Part shown: positions 53,524 through 64,000 of the stretch, piece after piece
Position numbering within the stretch: the stretch's first letter is position 1
Layout: every line of letters starts with the position of its first letter
DNA from: the human T2T-CHM13v2.0 reference genome, Homo sapiens
Length of the DNA stretch: 64,000 nucleotides
NCBI GenBank assembly: GCA_009914755.4
Contig: CP086569.2
Coordinates: 23,616,001 to 23,680,000, forward strand
Reading direction: 5' to 3'
Position numbers and translations under genes: made by a program
The notes under the pieces: generated by a model
Databases searched by the model: none
The model's input: the letters and a program-made list of their open reading frames with translations, nothing else
Told to the model about the DNA's origin: nothing

Positions 53524-54536
53524 CAGATATCAGGGGAACCAGCCCCCAATATTTCAATATAGACTCTTTTCTATTTTCCCTAAGTGCAGGCATGTCTGAG
53601 AAATAAAGGGAAAGAGTACAAAAGAGAGAAATTTTAAAGCTGGTTGTCTGGGGAAGACATCACATGTCAGCAGGTTCCATGATGCCCCCTGAGCTGCAAA
53701 ACCAGAAAGTTTTTAATTAGCAAATTTCAAAGGGGTGGGAGTGTACACATTGGGTGTGGGTCACAGAGATCACATGCTTCAAAGGCAATAAAACATCACA
53801 AGGCGAATGGGTGGGGCAGGGTCACAAGGCCAGGGTGAAACTAGAATTGCTGATGGAGTTTCATGTCCCACTGTGCATGCATTGTCATTGACAAATGTCT
53901 TAACAGAAACAGGGTTCAAGAGCAGAGAACCAGTCTGACTAGAATTCACCAGGCTGGAATTTCCTAATCCTAGCAAGCCTGTGGACACTGCCAGAGACTA
54001 GGGCATGTTTCATCCCTATCTACAACTGCATAAGGCAGACACTCCCAGAGTGGCCGTTTTAGAGGCTCCCCTCCCCCGAGGAGTGTATTCTTTTCCCAGG
54101 GCTGTTAATTATTAGTATTCCTTACTGAGGAAAGAATTCAGCAATATTTCTCTTACCCATTTTCAGTAATAAGAGAAATATGACTCTGTCCTGCCTGGTT
54201 CCCAGGCAGTCAGACCTAATGATTATCTCCATTGTTCCCTGAACATTGGTGTTATCCTGTTCTTTTTTCAAGGTGCCAAGATTTCGTATTGTTCAAACAC
54301 ACATGCTTTATGAACAAGTTTTTCAGTTAACACAATCATCACAGGGTCCTGGGGTGACACACATCCTCAGCTTATGAAGATACTGGGATTAAGAGATTAA
54401 GGTAAAGACAGGTATAGGAAATTATAAGAGTATTGATTGGGGAAGTGATAAATGTCCATGAAATCTTCACAATTTATGTTCTTCTGCCATGGCTTCAGCC
54501 AGCCCCTCTGTTCGGGTTCCCTGACTTCCCACAACA
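53524..54536 (-). repeat. ERVK 5' LTR, full length, about 1.0 kb
   Basis: On the minus strand it begins TGTTGTGGGAAGTCAGGGAACCCGAACAGAGG and ends ..ATATTGGGGGCTGGTTCCCCTGAT next to the PBS. Its ~1-kb length and TGT..GGG start fit MER11/LTR13/LTR5-class HERV-K LTRs. The subfamily is not determined. Confidence 0.7.
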
Positions 54537-57500
54537 GTGATTTGAATTTTGTGTCTTAACACTATCCTCAGAAGAAATCATAACATATTTCTAGACTTAT
54601 CGTCTAGCTTATGTGACTCTCCTCTCCTGTCTGAACGCTGCTTCCTGTGAAGAGTGTAGCATTTTTAAGCACTGCATCCAAATGACATAACCCTCTTGCC
54701 TAACCTTTTCAATAGTAGGTATTGTGACATATTTCTGTGCCATCATTTAGGTGGTATGACTCTCCTTTCCTGCCTGGACAATCTCCATAGGAGGCATTAT
54801 GCCATAGAGTTGGGTTAACACCCCATATTTGTGAGATTTCTGTTCGTGTTTTGCCTACAAAGAGAATATTGGAATATTTCTGGCTTAGGATTTAGGTGAC
54901 ATGGTTTTCCTGCCTGTTTAATAACCACAAAGGGGATGGTGACATATACTTAGGCACAGCTAAAAGGCATAATAATGACTCTCATAGGTGGACCAAGCCA
55001 ATAGGAGAAATTTTGACTCTTCTAGGTTCATGTACCTGAGTGATTTCCAGGATCTTCTTCTGTAAAATGTCACAGAAGATTACAAAACTCACGCATATCT
55101 TATAACACCCTTGGGTTGTATAGAGAGTGTCATAACAGGGCCTAGCACACAAAAGGGATTCTGGGTCTCCAATGCTGAGACCCAGCTGACAGTAAGGACT
55201 TTCACTATTACAGATGGATGGAGGCAACTGTCCTACATGAAAACAGCACATGTGTGGTATTTTATTCCATCATAATTGTGATATAAATCTTTGTCAGGTA
55301 TCTGTGTGATTTTACTCTTCTGACTCGTTCCAGCCAACATATGGGATTTTGACATCTACCTAAGCCAATTTTAAAGTGCTGTGACTCTTCTGCCTGGATC
55401 ATGCTCAGTAAGAATGGTGACATCGCTGGATCCAGCTCCCAGGTTACTTTACATTAGTGTCTGCACCATGCCCAGAAACATCTTAACAACATCACTGTGT
55501 CCATCACTTAGGAGATGTAACTCTCCTCTCTGGAATGAGCCCTGCACACAGGGATGGATGATGACACATTCCTAGGCCAGGCACATCACTGATGATACTA
55601 TTTTTCCAGGGCCATTCCTCAAAGAGGACATTTTGCCATATCACAGGGCCTATCATGTAGGTTATAGGACCTGCCCACTTGAAGAGTGACATACTGCTAG
55701 GCCAGGCACAAAGGTGATGATGCTCTTTTGCCAGAGCCATGCTTTAGGGAAGACTTTTTGACATATCTCTGTGGCTATCACCTAATTAATGTGACTTCCT
55801 GCTTGGTCCTGCCCACATGGGGCATTGTGACATAAGGGTGGAATCTGGACCTAGGTGATGTATCTCCCTTGCCTGGGTCCTTTTCTAAGGGTGACAAGTG
55901 ATGTGAATACATCAGGACCAAGAATCAGGTGATGTGTTTCCTCAGCCTGGTTTCTGCCCACATATTAAATTATGACATATACCTAAGGAAACAACTGGGT
56001 TATATGACTCTCTTTTTCTGCTTGAGCCCAGCTTACTGGTGACACTGAGACACATCTCTGAGCCCATGACCTAAGTCATTTGACTCTTCCTCTGTCTGTG
56101 CTTCTCTGATGGGAATATTCTGACATATTAATGAGTCCAGCACTTAGGTAATGTGTCTTTTGTTTTCTTGCTGAACAATGCCCACAAACAGGACTTTTCC
56201 TGTGCTTCAGGGCCCAGCACCCAGATTATGTCACTCTTCTGCCTAGGTCATGCATAAATGGAAACATTATAGCATATTGCTCAGCCCAGTACTCCAATGA
56301 TGTAACTCTCCTCCTTCTGCCAGAGCTCCAGAAGGTATTTTGACATATTATTGGCCCATTCTTTAGGTGTTTTGACCTCATCACTTTTCTGGGTTTCTTC
56401 AACATGAGTTTGTATCATATTGGTGGCTCCAGCCCCCAGTTCATGTGACCCTCTTTTCTAGGCCCTGCCTAGAGATGACACTGTGACATGTTGTGTGGCA
56501 CATCAGTTAAGTGATTTTAACTTTTTGCCTAATTTTCTTGCCCACAAATGGGATTAGGATATATACCTTGCTTCAGTTCAAAGGTAAGATGATCAAGCTT
56601 ATATTGGGATTCAGCCAACAGGGGATATCTTGCCTCAAGCAACTATGTTTATGTCAATAGTTAAGGTCCTTCATTGCATACTTGTGCAGAACTCACTGAA
56701 ATTTACAATACTAAATCATATCAGAGAAACTTCTTGGCTGGTATAGAGAGTTTGATAATAGGGCCCAGCAAAAAGTTAAGATTGTGACTCTTGACTACAT
56801 ATTCTCAATTTACAAAGCCCATTGTTGAGGTCCTCAGTCTAACAAGTAAATACAGCAGAAAGTTGGAATTGTGACATTCATAAGTGAATGTGGCCACATA
56901 TAGGATGGTGATTCATTTTTGGCTCCAGGTAACAGGCATAATTGTGGTCTCATTCCTGAGTCCAGTGTATAGGAAATCTGTATTCTGTCATGCCTGGGTT
57001 TATGGCTATATATAAGATCATGAGTCCATATAAACATGTAAGCCTCAGAAAGTTTAGCAACTCTGATGCATGCTGAACAAAGTTCCCTGATGTTATAGAG
57101 AGTGCCATACAATGGCCAGTACATATGTGAGACTGTGGCTCTCATATACACAACTAGCTAACAGTTAATATTTTCGCCCTTAAAAATGAAAAGATGTGTC
57201 ATATCCATTTGCTTAGTACCCAGGTGTTGAGACTTTTTGGTTTAAATTCCTTTCTATAAGCACTTTGTTACATATCACTGGTTCAGAATCATGATAATGT
57301 GATTCTTCTGGCTGGACCTTTTAATCAGGGAATATTTTTAGATATCTCTGGGCCTATTGGCTACCTGATATGTCTCCCTGCCAGTGTCCTGCCCACAGGG
57401 GCACTATGACATATCGTGAGATATAGCATCTAGGTAATGTGACTCTCCCCTCCTGCCTGGATTCTGCCGGCTGAAGAAATTGTGACATATTACTGAGTGA

Positions 57501-58117
57501 AATACCTTGGTGACGTGACTTTCCTTTTTTTCCTAAACTCTGCCAGGCTTTATTTCATAATTCTGAGCTTAGCACCCAGCCAGTGTGATTCTCTTTTTCT
57601 TCTTCAAAACTGTCTACATTGGGGATCTGGCATATTATTACAGGCTGTACCCAAGTGATATGTCTCTTCTGTCTAATTTCTGCCCAAATGTTGGATTGTG
57701 ATGTATAACTAGGGAAGTACCTAGGTGATATGACTCTCCTTTTCTGCCTGGGCCCTGCAGATATTTGTCTGCAGTGGGGAACATCTATGAGCCCTTGGCC
57801 TAAGTGAAGAGACTGCTTCTTCTCCCTGGCTTTTATAACAGTGGTTTATGCCATATTGCTGAGCCCAGCCCTCAGGTTATTTTACTTTTTTCTTTTTTCT
57901 TGAACCATGATCACACAATAAATTTTGACCTATTGCAGGACCCCAACACACAGATGATGTTAGTCTTTTACCTGGGTCCTGCATATAGAGATAATTATTG
58001 CAGATTTCTGGGCCCAGCACCCTGTTAATGTGACTTTCATGCTTGTCCCAGAGCCAAAGAAAGTATTTTGACCTCTCCTGGGCCCATTATGTATGTGTTT
58101 TGTCTGTCGTAACTTGG

Positions 58118-58462
58118 CTTTTTTATTTTTTTATTTTTATTTTATTTGTTTGTTTGTTTGTTTTTGGTGGGGGGATGGAATCTTGCTCTGTCACCCAGCC
58201 TGGAGCTCTGGAGTACAATGGTGTGATCTCGGCTCAGTGCAACCTCCGCCTCCTAGGTTCAAGCTGTTCTCCTGCCTCAGCCTCCTGAGTGGCTGGGATT
58301 ACAGGCATGTGCCACCATGCTCGGCTCATCTTTGTATTTTTAGTAGAGACGGGGTTTCATTATGTTGGTCAGGCTGGTCTAGAACTCTTGTCCTCGTGAT
58401 TTGCCTGCCTTGGCCACCCAAAGTGCTGGGATTACAGGCGTGTGGCATGGTGCCCAGCCTGG
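58118..58462 (-). mobile_element. Alu element (AluS/Y-like), minus orientation with a long T-rich tail, inserted into the array
   Basis: TTTTTTATTTTTTTATTTTTATTTTATTTGTTTGTTTGTTTGTTTTTGGTGGGGGGATGGAATCTTGCTCTGTCACCCAGCCTGGAGCTCTGGAGTACAATGGTGTGATCTCGGCTCAGTGCAACCTCCGCCTCC ... GCTGGGATTACAGGCGTGTGGCATGGTGCCCAGCCTGG. Confidence 0.85.
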
Positions 58463-61400
58463 ATTTTTTCCCACATTTGAGATGGGGGCATATTGCTGAG
58501 TCCAGCATCTAGTTAATGTGACTCTAATTCCTATACACTCCCTAGAGAGGACATTGGGACATGTTACTTGGCACAGCACCTAAGTAACGTTACCCTCCTG
58601 CCTAGTTTTTTGCCCACAAATGGGACTATGACATATACCTTATTTCAGTTTACAGGCATAATGGTCAAACTTAAACTTGGATACAGACAATAGGAGATAT
58701 TTTGCCTTTCATCACTAGGCATAGGGCAATAAGTAAGGTCCTTGGTTGCATATTTGTAGAACGCTCACAGAACTTTACAACACTAACTCATAATGTATAA
58801 GTTGCTTGATTGGTACAGAGAGTTTCATGACAGGGACCAGCAGAAAATTCAGATTGGGACCTTCAATTACATGCCCAGGTAAAAGCAAATGTTGTCACCA
58901 TCCCACATGTCCAAAGCCCACTGTTAACATCGTGAGTCTAACAAGTGAATACAGTACCAGGTTGGAATTTTGACCTTCATATGTGGATCTGGCCACAGGT
59001 GGGATGGTGACTTATTTCTGTTTCCAGCTCATAGGCATAATAATGGGTCTCATACCTAAAACCATCCCACATAAAAGATGTTTACTATTATCCATGGGTT
59101 TAGGGATATAGGTAAGCTCATGAATCCCTCTGAGCACATAGGCTTCAGAGTAGTTTGCAACCCTGATGCATGCTGTATAAAGCCTTCAAATGTTGTAGAG
59201 TGTCATACAATAGCCCAAAGAACACATGATATTGTGAATCTCATATACACACCCAGCTCAATTTAATGATATCACCCACAAAAACAAAAGATTTGACCTA
59301 TTACTAGGCCTAGTACCCAGGTGTTGAGACTTTTTGGCTTAATTTTTTCCCCATAGATGCATTTTGACATATTGCAGGGTTAGAATCATAATCTTGTTAC
59401 TTCTGCCTGGACCCTGCAAACAAGGGATATTATCACATATCTCTGGGCCTAAGAGATAGGTGATTTGTCTCTCCTGCCTGTACCCACCCCCAGAGTACAT
59501 GGTGAAATATCATTTGACCAAACATCTAGGTCATGTGACTCTCTTCTCCTGACGGGGTCCTGCTTACCACAGATGTGGTGACATACCACTGATTACAAAA
59601 CATAGGTGATGTGACTCTCCTTCATATCCTAAACTCTGTCAAGAGAGGGAATTATTACATTTTGCAGAGCCCAACATCTACTGATTTGACCCTTCTGACT
59701 AGGCCCAGCCTACAAATGAGACCATATTGTGTCAGTGGCTCAGTACCCAGGTTATGTGACTCTCCCACATTGTCCCAGCTCATAGGTGAAAGTGTGACAT
59801 ATAACTGGGATAAGCACACATGTGCAATAATGACTCTCATTCCTGGACCCAGCCAGTAGGGATGGTGTGACTCTCATAGCCAGTTGCACTGCCATGGGTA
59901 AGGTCCTGGGTTTTTCACTTGCATAATATTCATGAAGGATTATAACGCTGTGGTATATCATATAAAGCCTTATTGGTACATAACAGCGTCATAACAGTGT
60001 CATAACAGAGAACAGCAACCAGGTGAGAACGTGACTCTTGTATGCACACCTAGCTGACACGGTAGTCATTCTGACACATAAACAGGGCCTAGGAATGTGA
60101 TACTAAATCTCACTCATAAAAAGCAGTCAAAGCTTGAAATAATTACTATAGTACATGGATCTGATTCACAGGTAGTTTGGTAATATTTGAAACATGATTC
60201 AGCACACTTGTGATGCTCTGACTCTCCTACTGGAACATGATATTCAAGTAGGATTGAGGCTACTATACATGGATCTTGCCCATGGTTGGGATTGTGACTC
60301 CTCTACTTCGACCCAACTCATAGAAAGAGTTAACTCAAATACACAAAACCAGGATTCATGTGCGATAAAAAACATATTTCTCAATGTTTCTAAGAGTATG
60401 ATTGAGACAGGTAAATTTGCCCAGCATATGAATAATTTGACAGTCTCTTCTAGGCCAAAGCCTAGAATGAAATTGTGCCATACGTGGAACAGACACGTAA
60501 GCCATGTATAACACCTTCTTTGGCTATGCCTACAAAATGACACTTTTATATATTCCTGGACCATCACCTGGGTAAAGTGAATTATCTGCCTGAAACCTGC
60601 CTGCAAATAGAATTGTGTCTCGTATCTCGGTCCATCATGTATGTGATGTGACAACCTTATACTGCCTTGGACAAGCACTTACAGTACATTGTGACACATA
60701 AGTGTGCAATGCACCCAGGTGATGTGATTCTCCTTCCTGGGATCTGCCAACAGGAAGCATTGTAATGTATCACTTGGCTCAACACCTAAGTTGTGTTTCT
60801 TTTTTGCTTTAGCCTTTGTCTTGATTACAGGGAGATTGTGACATATTGTTGGGTCCAGCACCAATGTGTGATCATGCTCCAGGTTTGGTACTGTACAGAA
60901 AAGACACTATGAAATATACCTAGGCCAGTTGCCTAAGTGAATTGTGTCTCCTCTTTTTCCAAAGTCCTGCCCACAGAGGAGTTTTTGATATGTCACTGAA
61001 ACCAGCAGCCAGGTGATGTGACTTTCCCACAAAGACCTTCACACAAGGGGTATTGTGACATCTCGCAGGACCCACACCCAAGTAGGTGATTTGACTTTCT
61101 TGCCTTCTCTGTGTCCACAGGTGATATTGTGCCATATATCTGACACCATAATAAAAGCCTTATAACAACTCATATACCTGGAGCCAGAACATGTGCAAGA
61201 TAATGACTCTTATTTCTAAACCTCCCCACAAGTATAATTGTGACATAAACCTTTTCCCAGCTCCAGAATGATTTAATAATTTGCCAGGTATAGCCCACAA
61301 AAGAGATTTTGACATATACCTGGGCCAAGCACCTTGGTGATTTGACTGTGCTAGTACAATCCTCAGCGGGGATTGTGATAGATTTCTGGACCCATCAACT

Positions 61401-64000
61401 AGGTTACGGGACTCTCCTCTACCCTCTACTGCCTGTATTCTGCTTCCTTTGGTAATTGTAGCATTTCTAAACACTGCACCCAAGTGATATGACTACTGTG
61501 CTTGGGCCCTGTTAACAGGAGGCATTGTTACAAATTTTTGGGCCCACCATTTAGGTGAAATGTCTCTACTCTCCTGCTCTGACACCTCACACAAAGGACA
61601 CTGTGCAACATATTTGGACCTAGCACAAAAGTTTGGTGGCATTTCTGACAAAGCTTTGCCTACAAAGAGAATATTGGAATAATTCTGGCCCGGCATTTCA
61701 ATAATATGGCTGTTCCACCTGCTTCATAGCCATACAGAGGATTGTAATATGTACCTAGGCATGGTTCAAAGGAATGATGATGATTGTCATATGGGGATTC
61801 AGCTAACAGAGGTTATTTTGACTCTTATAACCAAGTTTAGGTACATGCATGATATCCTGAATAACGTTCTTATACAAATGCCACAAAAGATTACAACATT
61901 CGCATATATTTTACAAAGTCTTTGGGTTATAGAGACAGAGTTGTAGCAGGGCTCAGAACACAGGTTAAATTGTGAGTCTTGCATGCACACCCAGCTGACA
62001 GTAAAGGCTGTCATCATCTCACACGGATAAAGCCAAATGTCACACATGAAAAAAAGGATATGTGGGGTACTGTAAATCTCACCTTTGCAATTATCTGACA
62101 CTGTGATTGTGATATAAATCTTTGCCAAGCACCTGTATAATTTGACTCTGCAGACTTATTCCGGCCCAAATATGGTATTGTGCTATCTAGCTAGGCCAAC
62201 CTCAAGGTGATGTTATTCTCCTGCCTGGGCCCTTCTCTAAGTAAGGATGGTGACATACATCTGAATCTAGCACCCAGCTGATGTTACATTCTTGCCTGTG
62301 CCATGTCCACCAAAATTATTGCATATATTTCTATGCCCCCATTATAGGTGATGTATCTCTGCTCTCTGGAATGGGCCATACACAAAGGATGGATAATGAC
62401 ATATTGCAAGGCCAGGCACACAGTTGAGGGTACTATTTTGCCAAAGCCATGTTCAAGGGAGGGCACTGTGATTTATATCCAGGCCTGTCACCTGGGTTAT
62501 ATGGCTCTCCTGCTTGGGCCTTGCCAACCTGGAGTAATATATTTCTAGGCCAGGCACACAGTTGATGGTACTCTTTTGCCAGGACTATACTTCATAGAGG
62601 ACATTGTGACATACCTTGGGGTCTACCGCCTAGATGAAGTGGCTCCCTCCTTTAGACCTACCCAAATAAAACATTGTGGAATAAGCAGAAAATCTACACC
62701 TAGATGATGTAACTCTTTGCTGGGTGCTGTCCTAAGAGAGCCTTGTGACATATCTCAGGACCCAGCACCCAAGTGATGTGGCTCCCCTACCTGGTTTCTG
62801 TCTATGTGTTACATTGTGACATATTTCTAGGGAAGCACGTAGATGATATGACTCTCCTCATCTACCTGAGCCTCGCCTACTGGAGATATTGGACATATCT
62901 CTGAGCCCATGACCTAAGTGATATGATGTTCTTTGTCTGCCTGGACCTTCACAATAGAAGGATTTTGGCACATTGCTGAGCCCAGCACTCAGGATAGGTG
63001 ACTCACCTCTTTTTCCTAATCCATGCCCACAAAATAACAAATTTTGACTTATTGCATGGCCCAGCACCCAGATGATGTTACTCTTTAGTGTGGGTTCTGC
63101 ATAAAGAAAAATTGATGGCATATTGCATATTGCTGGGCCCAGCACCCTTACAATGTGTCTCTCCTGCCTATACTGGAGCCACCGAAGGTTTTTGTTTGTT
63201 TGTTTGTTTGTTTGTTTTGACATATCTTGGGCCCACTATGTAGGTGTTTTGGCTCTCATAACTTGGCTGGATTTTTTCCACAAGTGGGACGGTATCATAT
63301 TGCTGGGTTGAGTACCCAGCTAATGTGACCCAATTTATCATACCCTGCCTAGAGAAGGCATTGTGACACAGCATCACAAGGCACTGTGACACAGTATCTA
63401 AGTGATGTTACCCTCCTGCCTAGTTTTATGCCCACAAATAGGATTATGACATATACCTTGCTTCAATTCACAGGCATGATGATCAAACTTATATTTGGAT
63501 TCAGCCAATAGGAGATATTTTGCCTCTCATTGCTAAGCTTAGGGCAATAGATAAACTCTGGGGTTGCATATATATTCAAAGCTGACAGAAGCTTACAACA
63601 CTAACTTATATTGTATAACCTCTTTGTTGGTAGGGAGTTTCACAACAGGACCCCACAAAAAGATTAGATTGGGACTTTCAGTTATGCACCCAGGTGAAAT
63701 TACAAGTTTTCACCATCCCACATTTACAAAGCCCACTTTTGAAGTCCTGAGTGTAACAAGGAAATACAGCAGAGGTGGAATTGTGACTTTTATATGTTGA
63801 TCTGGCCACATGTGGAAAGATGACTCATTTCTGGACCCAGCCCACAGACATAATAATGGGTCTTCTCCCTTAACCCTGACTATAGGAGAGATGTTGACTA
63901 TCAAACTTAGGCTTAGGACAATATGTAAGATTGTAAGTCCATATGAGCACCTAGGCCTCAGAGAGGTTTACAATCTTCATGGAGGTTTTTTTCTTTTTTT

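Larger units (their letters stand above)
49216..54536 (-). mobile_element. ERVK-type (class II, betaretrovirus-like, HERV-K superfamily) provirus, internally deleted (~5.3 kb), minus orientation, nested in the array
   Basis: Two direct LTR copies share at least 260 bp at about 95% identity (49216-49480 versus 53524-53790), for example ..GGGGAACCARCCCCCAATATTT..CTTTTCTATTTTCCCTAAGTG..GTCTGAGAAATAAAGRGAAAGAGTACAAAAGAGA..CTGAGCTGCAAAACCAG... Between them, on the minus strand: gag CA ..KQGHTELYPDFLAKLQDAVEKS..LLCMLAFENVNHECKMAM (HERV-K major-homology-region-like); RT AYILHYIDDILVATP with YIDD at 51517-51528; RNase H ITVFTDGSSNGNAGYVGP at about 50690-50725. TSDs flank the element. Confidence 0.8.

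Overview
This window reads as catarrhine-primate (most likely human) nuclear DNA dominated by interspersed and tandem repeats. I found no convincing host protein-coding gene, no tRNA or rRNA gene, and no prokaryotic-type system such as a CRISPR array or defence operon. Every six-frame ORF in the track lies inside repeats.

Layout, left to right:
1. Minus-strand LINE-1 5' end: 5' UTR plus N-terminal ORF1 remnant at about 21-1475, with a puzzling 20-nt L1 ORF2-like sense fragment at 1-20.
2. AT-rich intergenic DNA at 1.5-5.1 kb holding a (CA)n microsatellite, an old Alu, CT-rich low complexity and an Alu fragment.
3. A defective but structurally complete HERV9/ERV9 provirus on the + strand at 5100-15347. 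It has LTR12 LTRs, a tRNA-Arg-like PBS, a gag zinc knuckle, a protease DTGA, an RT YVDD, an integrase HHCC, env CWLC and CX6CC motifs, and perfect 4-bp ATGA target-site duplications.
4. AT-rich sequence at 15.3-26.7 kb with two Alus and ancient L1M fragments.
5. A complex tandem array from about 26.7 kb to the window end (at least 37 kb, about 30 kb net), continuing past the window. It is built from ~70-72-bp monomers with conserved cores TTGTGACATAT and GGCCCAGCACCYAGGTGATGTGACTCTCCT. The monomers are organised into irregular higher-order units of about 3-7 kb that contain diverged, recognisable anchor blocks.

At least five later insertions interrupt the array: three unshared Alus, a ~480-bp unique insertion, and a deleted ERVK-type (betaretrovirus-like, HERV-K superfamily) provirus on the minus strand at 49216-54536 with 6-7-bp GTGATT(T) target-site duplications.

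The most interesting object is the satellite/macrosatellite-like array, whose family I cannot name from memory, together with its nested insertion history. All identifications are from reading the sequence and remembered consensus features; no database search was run.
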